This document shows positions 59,060 to 64,000 of a DNA stretch of 64,000 nt, piece by piece. Positions within the stretch are counted from its first letter, which is position 1; the number at the start of each line of letters is the position of its first letter. The notes beneath the pieces are model-generated. The model saw nothing but the letters and a program-made list of their open reading frames with translations, searched no databases and was not told where the DNA came from. The DNA is taken from NCBI GenBank assembly GCA_002256025.1, contig NKIB01012713.1:1-64000 (forward strand). The letters are read 5' to 3'. The position numbers and the translations under genes were made by a program. Origin of the DNA: Asterionella formosa (lineage: Eukaryota).

Positions 59060-60350
59060 TATATTGACAGGAGATCGTTGCAAGCCCAAGGTTCGCAATC
59101 TGGTAAGAATCACATCTCGCATCACAGAGCTTCCAGGAAATATACTTAATGGTTCCACAGTTGGTAACTAGCCCCAACCAAGGAGTTACAAGAAACTGAC
59201 TAGAATTATCTCTGTAAGTCTTTGATTATCAACCATAATCTCGCTATCAATTATCTTCTCATCAATCACATAATTATGAAGTCGAGCACATGAATCAAAA
59301 ATGCGTGCAGATGTTTTCAAGCTTGTTTATAGGTTGTTTTTCAGAACACATCATTTTGTCTGAAGAAGACCAAATTTCATTTCTTTTCTTATCCTCAGCT
59401 GTGAAAGGAAAAATTTAAATGTATCCTGTGTTCGATCATCACGTTGTGAGCCAACAAAGGGAATGAGCTTACATCAAAAAATGTGTATGCTGCATCGCCA
59501 AACAGAAAAAAAAACCTGTATTGAATGCTGCAACTTGATCGAAAATGGAATTTCGTTCAAAAGCTACTTTTGGTCACTGCATTTTCCTAGTGCAATCACA
59601 CCAAAAGAAATAAATCGTTAGTCAGATTCACAAACAGCCTAGACATTGATTCCATATGTCATGTAGTGACAGAAAAAAAAAACCAGGGTTGTTCCCACTT
59701 TCAACTAAAATTGGGCGGTTGATGGTGGCTAGGAAGCCGTCAATAGCACCAACACATCTTCTTATTACGCCCTCAGAGTGTTTGCATTCAAAGCTGGAAG
59801 CCAATTTGATAAATTTTTATTTTTCTTCTAGAAAAATAAATTTGATTCTTCGCAGTTGAGTACAGCATCAATGAACAAATCACGACATCAATAAAGTGAA
59901 GCAATTCTACAACCTTAGGCATGAAAAATGTCGATGTAACTGCCACCAGCAAACCAATGCAAACCAATGGCCACCACAATTTCGGGAATTATGGGCTGCT
60001 CAGAAGTGCCACATATGAAATAATTCCCTGGAATCTGAATTTCCAGTACTATGCAGGTGAGCTTTTTAAATGCTCTGTGTGAAATTCTGTATGTCTTCTT
60101 GAAAGCAATCTTGTGATTGAGTTTTTCGACATGTGATTGCCAGGAGATTTTTTCGTGGTGCCACTTGTTCCTTCGTTGTCGTCGTCGTTCAGATGAGTGA
60201 TGCTGCCGTTTACAGCGTCGCCTTCGTCGTTTGGATGAGTGTTCTTTTTCCTCTGCTTCCTTAGCTAAATGACAGAAGAAGTATCATGATCAATGCTATC
60301 ATCATCGCTATCATCAAGTAATTCAAAATAGTCGACGGCATGATTCATGC
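59060..60350 (-). pseudogene. Harbinger (DDE_Tnp_4) transposase pseudogene
   Basis: Translation across stops and frameshifts gives CVGAIDG, YGINV*AVC, GKCSD, GDAAY, FFLSQLRIRKEMKFG and CARLHNY. Confidence 0.92.
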
Positions 60351-60628
60351 AATAATGTGTTTTTATTATAAAATAGTTTAATTATATTTTATGTTGCAGC
60401 TTGATATCAAGACCATCATTTTATTCTGGAGGGATATAGGACACATGATCTTCACCAGCCTTTTGCCGTTGAATATCTATGTTACTCCATGATACAATGT
60501 TATCATAAATTAGTGATACAGTGTCACTTTTGGAATGAATGAAATTCAGATCAAATCGAGTTACCCTTGTTGATACATTTTCAAAAAATTTCTAATTCCG
60601 TGATACACGAAAAAAATGATAAGAACAG

Positions 60629-60790
60629 CTTATCATTCTGTCATTGGTTGTAATTGGTTTATCGTCTCCGCAATATGATACAAAAATTGGCGGTTTGTAT
60701 CATTTTTTGTATCACCAACGGCTTTTTTGGTCTGATCACCAGTGTATCATGGGTGTATCACTGATACAGCTTTTGGACCCCTGACCAATG
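60629..60790 (+). mobile_element. Isolated Harbinger left-end copy abutting the right TIR of the full element
   Basis: Direct-repeat match to ~56903-57060 (CTTATCATTCTGTCA...TTTTGGACCCCTGACCAAT). Confidence 0.85.
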
Positions 60791-61746
60791 TAACACGTTT
60801 CAGCAATGGTAACTCGATTTAAAATTAATTTTATTCATTCCAAATTGACACTTAATCGCTAATTTGTATTACAGTGCATCATGGAGTAACAAGGATCGTT
60901 AGGGGTGACAGGACAGCTACAAACATCTAGATATATCTGAGCAGTTATATGCATATGCGTTGCCTAAATTTAGAAAACCGGAGTATAATAACAAATATCA
61001 TATCATGCTATGGAGCCTGTTTGTACTTGCAACTGTTACCAGTACGCTGGTACCAGTTACTGAGAGACCCGTCAACATGTTGTCATCAACATATTGACCA
61101 TGTTGAAAATCGGCTATTTCTCCATCAAAATGGCAAACGAGTCGCTGCGCCTTTTTCGGTCTAATATATCATTGTATGAACGATGCAATAGAAAAGTAAA
61201 TATAGATACCTCTTTAAAATTACATATGAAATTTCGAATCTACAATGTAGAAGAGCATTCTTTGTCAATTTATAGGAATGCAAATTGAGCTATTGATTTT
61301 TTACCATAACAACTAAATCTGCTATGAATGCTAATACGACTATAACAATACTATCATATGACAAAAGTGCTTGCAAAAGTGGTGTGAGGCTACTAGACTT
61401 TGAATTATAGATGCCATTAGATCAATTGATTGCACCAGTGGTGCTTTCATGTTGCTTGTGCTGTGTTGCTGATGTTGATTTTCCATCCACCAAAAAATTA
61501 CATAGTCGGCGCTGGCATTTTTACAGTTATTTTATCAGTTGCAATGGACGTGATACACAGCAATCAATGGCTGTTTCACTGATACAGCAGTGGTCAGGGG
61601 TCCAAAAACTGTATCAGTGATACACCGGTGATCAGACCAAAAACTGTTGGTGATACACAAAGAAAAACCAAACCGCTATTTTTGTATCATATTTCGGAGA
61701 TAATAGACCAATGACGACCAATGATGATAGAATGATTAGAACGCCC
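60791..61746 (-). mobile_element. Non-autonomous Harbinger derivative in inverted orientation
   Basis: ~61505-61746 is the reverse complement of 56895-~57135 (left end). ~60795-60890 is the reverse complement of ~60481-60580 (right subterminal region). Confidence 0.8.
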
Positions 61747-62164
61747 AGTGATACCATTGTGCTACCCACGTAGCAAATTGGTGTGTTGTCTACTTAATCT
61801 ATCCTAAAATAAGCTGCTTGGCACTACTGGTGCCAGCGATTTGACGCATTTGTTTTCGCCCCGAGCCAGCGCGAAACCGTCAGGAATTTCTAGATGTCGA
61901 ATTAACACACACCGGAGGACTCCAAGAATTTCACAAACTTGCTCTTCCAAAGCTATGTACAGTAGGAGACTTGGTGCCTATGTATGCCTCCGGCAATGGG
62001 TCTTTGTGAGGAACACCACCAATAGCTACATAAAAATGGAGACTATTTTGATAAATCAGTAAAGAAACTAATACTGGTAGATTAATTAAATAGTAACAAA
62101 TCAGATTGCACACTGCACATGAAGCTGGAGGTAGATACTGAATTAGACAGTGAAGTTTCCCATA

Positions 62165-64000
62165 CTATCTCATGTTCACCATATCCTCAAGCTGTGTCTT
62201 CAGTGCTTGCTCTGTCTCGTATTTGGTACGAAAATACTTGACTTGCGCAGTCAAGATCACAATCTGTTTCTTCAATGCGACCGTACTCTCTGCCGCTTCT
62301 GAATTATCCTCTCTTGCTGCAACCCTATGCTTGTCATAATCTTCACCATTTGCTCGACTTCCCATCTGAGATAGCACCACTTGTCCTCGTGCTGAATTGC
62401 CTGCAACTTCAACCGCTTTGAGAGTCTCTATCAAACCCATTGCGTGGCTCTCCGAAGAAATTAATTGCTTCTTTGTTCCCTCCAACTCCATTTCAAGCTT
62501 AGATGACTTCGTCAGAGACATACTCAACGCTTCCTTCATTTCATCCATGGTCTTGATAGCCTTCTCATATTCGGCACGGACAACGTCGAGTTCTGATTTC
62601 ACGTTGTCTTCTTGGAATAAAAGAGAAATCTCAGTCTTGTCAGGATCTGTCATTAGTCTTTCTTGATGAGTTTCGTGTGGACAATGGTCACTTTGTCCTA
62701 TGAGGGCCAAGCGAGTGTTGGCAGCTGCGACTCCTATCTTGGCATCATTGCATTGTTCCCAAGCCGTCTTGAGTTCCTGTCTGAAACGATTGTTTTGAGC
62801 CCGCAGCACAGCGACTTCATTATGGAGGCGCTGATGGCTTTCCCTTGACGATGCGTCAGTTATTCTGCTATCCTGACATGCAGATTCGTCCATTTGAAGG
62901 GATTCCAGTTGACGACTTAAAGCCCTGATGTCGGAATCCTTACTGGCAAGTGACTTTTGAAGTCTGGAAACTAACTCATTGCTGCCCTTTTTCGTGTCTT
63001 CCAGTTCTAATCGGAGACTCTTGATAATGGTTTCGTGAGAAAGAACAAGGGCTGTCTGCTTCACAAGTGAAGCCTTCAAATTGTCAACTGCATCAGTATC
63101 CCTAAGCTCCCTTTTTTTTAACTCTTGGATGATTAAATTCAAGCGATTGATCTCGTTTTGCATTGGAGAGCAACGATCATTGACTACAGCATCGTCGATC
63201 TGATCTCCTTCACCTTCTTCCACCTTTCGACGTTGGAACTTTATCTCTTGCAATTCCAAAGTCAGTTGAGAAACAAGATTTGATTTCTCCCTTATCAGGG
63301 CGTCATTAGCCTTCACTCTTGCGGCAAGTATCCCCGTCGCAACTGACTCGTGAGCTTGTGTTGGGATTTCAGAAGTCGTTACGATCGTATTATGTCGAGA
63401 AATCCATTGACCGGGTGGTGGGCCACCTTCGTCCTTTTCTTCTTCTATTCGTCTTTTCTTGCTTGCAGGCTTCTTCCTAACTGGAGCCTTTTTAATAGCA
63501 CGAACTGGTGGAACAAACTTTACCAGTGTATCTGGCCCAGGTACCAGGTTCACCTCCTTCTTATTCGAGCATCTAATCTTATCGCTTTTTATCCTTTTGA
63601 AGGGAACACAACATAAGACACCGTCGGGTAGACAGCTAGCTAGTATGGAGAATTCCCCGAGCATCAGGGGCTTCTTAATCGAAGGATTCATTATCAATGC
63701 ATCAACCCTGCGCTTGACAGATCCAACCAAGGTGCTCAACTCCGTTTTAGAATGCTCGGTGTAACGCTCAAGAAAATAGGTATAATAAACTTGCGTGAAT
63801 GCGCCAATCCAATGGTATAAATTTTCTTGATGGCAAGCACCTTCAGTCGAAAACGCCAAGTCCTGTTTAGTAGGGGTCAGCGGTAACCTTCCATGGAAGT
63901 CATCCAAAATAATTGTCAAACCCTGAGCATACATCGTCCCTCCAGAATCCAAATAGAGTAAACCACGAGCATCAGCGTGCTTTTTGATAAGTCTTCCAGA
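62165..64000 (-). CDS. 3' part of a gene continuing past the window end; probably MORC-like (S5-fold end, basic linker, long coiled coil)
   Basis: Frame is open to the window edge (SGRLIKKHADARGLLYLDSGG). GRLIK...GLTIILDD...PLTPTKQDL...YY resembles the MORC S5 motifs (NRLIK, G..GV, P.HNKQDF). KKPASKKRR NLS and heptad repeats follow. Confidence 0.6.
   Translation of the reverse strand, partial: SGRLIKKHADARGLLYLDSGGTMYAQGLTIILDDFHGRLPLTPTKQDLAFSTEGACHQENLYHWIGAFTQVYYTYFLERYTEHSKTELSTLVGSVKRRVDALIMNPSIKKPLMLGEFSILASCLPDGVLCCVPFKRIKSDKIRCSNKKEVNLVPGPDTLVKFVPPVRAIKKAPVRKKPASKKRRIEEEKDEGGPPPGQWISRHNTIVTTSEIPTQAHESVATGILAARVKANDALIREKSNLVSQLTLELQEIKFQRRKVEEGEGDQIDDAVVNDRCSPMQNEINRLNLIIQELKKRELRDTDAVDNLKASLVKQTALVLSHETIIKSLRLELEDTKKGSNELVSRLQKSLASKDSDIRALSRQLESLQMDESACQDSRITDASSRESHQRLHNEVAVLRAQNNRFRQELKTAWEQCNDAKIGVAAANTRLALIGQSDHCPHETHQERLMTDPDKTEISLLFQEDNVKSELDVVRAEYEKAIKTMDEMKEALSMSLTKSSKLEMELEGTKKQLISSESHAMGLIETLKAVEVAGNSARGQVVLSQMGSRANGEDYDKHRVAAREDNSEAAESTVALKKQIVILTAQVKYFRTKYETEQALKTQLEDMVNMR

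Larger units (their letters stand above)
56895..60629. mobile_element. Decayed full-length PIF/Harbinger DNA transposon
   Basis: Ends GGCCCGTTCTTATCATT / AATGATAAGAACAGC, subterminal TGATAC(A) repeats, and convergent remnants of a + strand accessory ORF and a - strand DDE transposase. Confidence 0.85.

Overview
Eukaryotic nuclear DNA, most likely a diatom or other stramenopile. This is inferred from short GT-AG introns, a type III glutamine synthetase with a mitochondrial-type presequence, a KRE6/SKN1-type GH16 gene, and diatom-style PPR and LRR genes. The window has about 17 protein genes: glutaredoxin-like, GSIII, UBL-WLM protease, an unknown membrane-anchored protein, two alpha/beta hydrolases, KRE6-like, a kinase-ZnF-PP2C fusion, cullin-3, PPR, SRP68, V-ATPase subunit a, TMEM19/DUF92, LRR, AIP1/WDR1, DUF726/TMCO4 and a partial MORC-like gene. 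It also has one tRNA-Ser(AGA), a 10-N assembly gap and much transposon debris. The debris includes the probable 5' end of an LTR element, a non-LTR RNase H relic, a decayed PIF/Harbinger cluster, a TA-flanked element with subterminal repeats, and MITE-like families. The most unusual signals are dense GGTACC/TACCGGTA/CCWGG palindrome tracts upstream of most genes, a ~90-bp MITE found only in promoter regions, a signal-peptide/TM kinase-C2H2-PP2C fusion, and a Harbinger right-end/left-end junction. All calls come from reading the sequence by eye. No searches were run.
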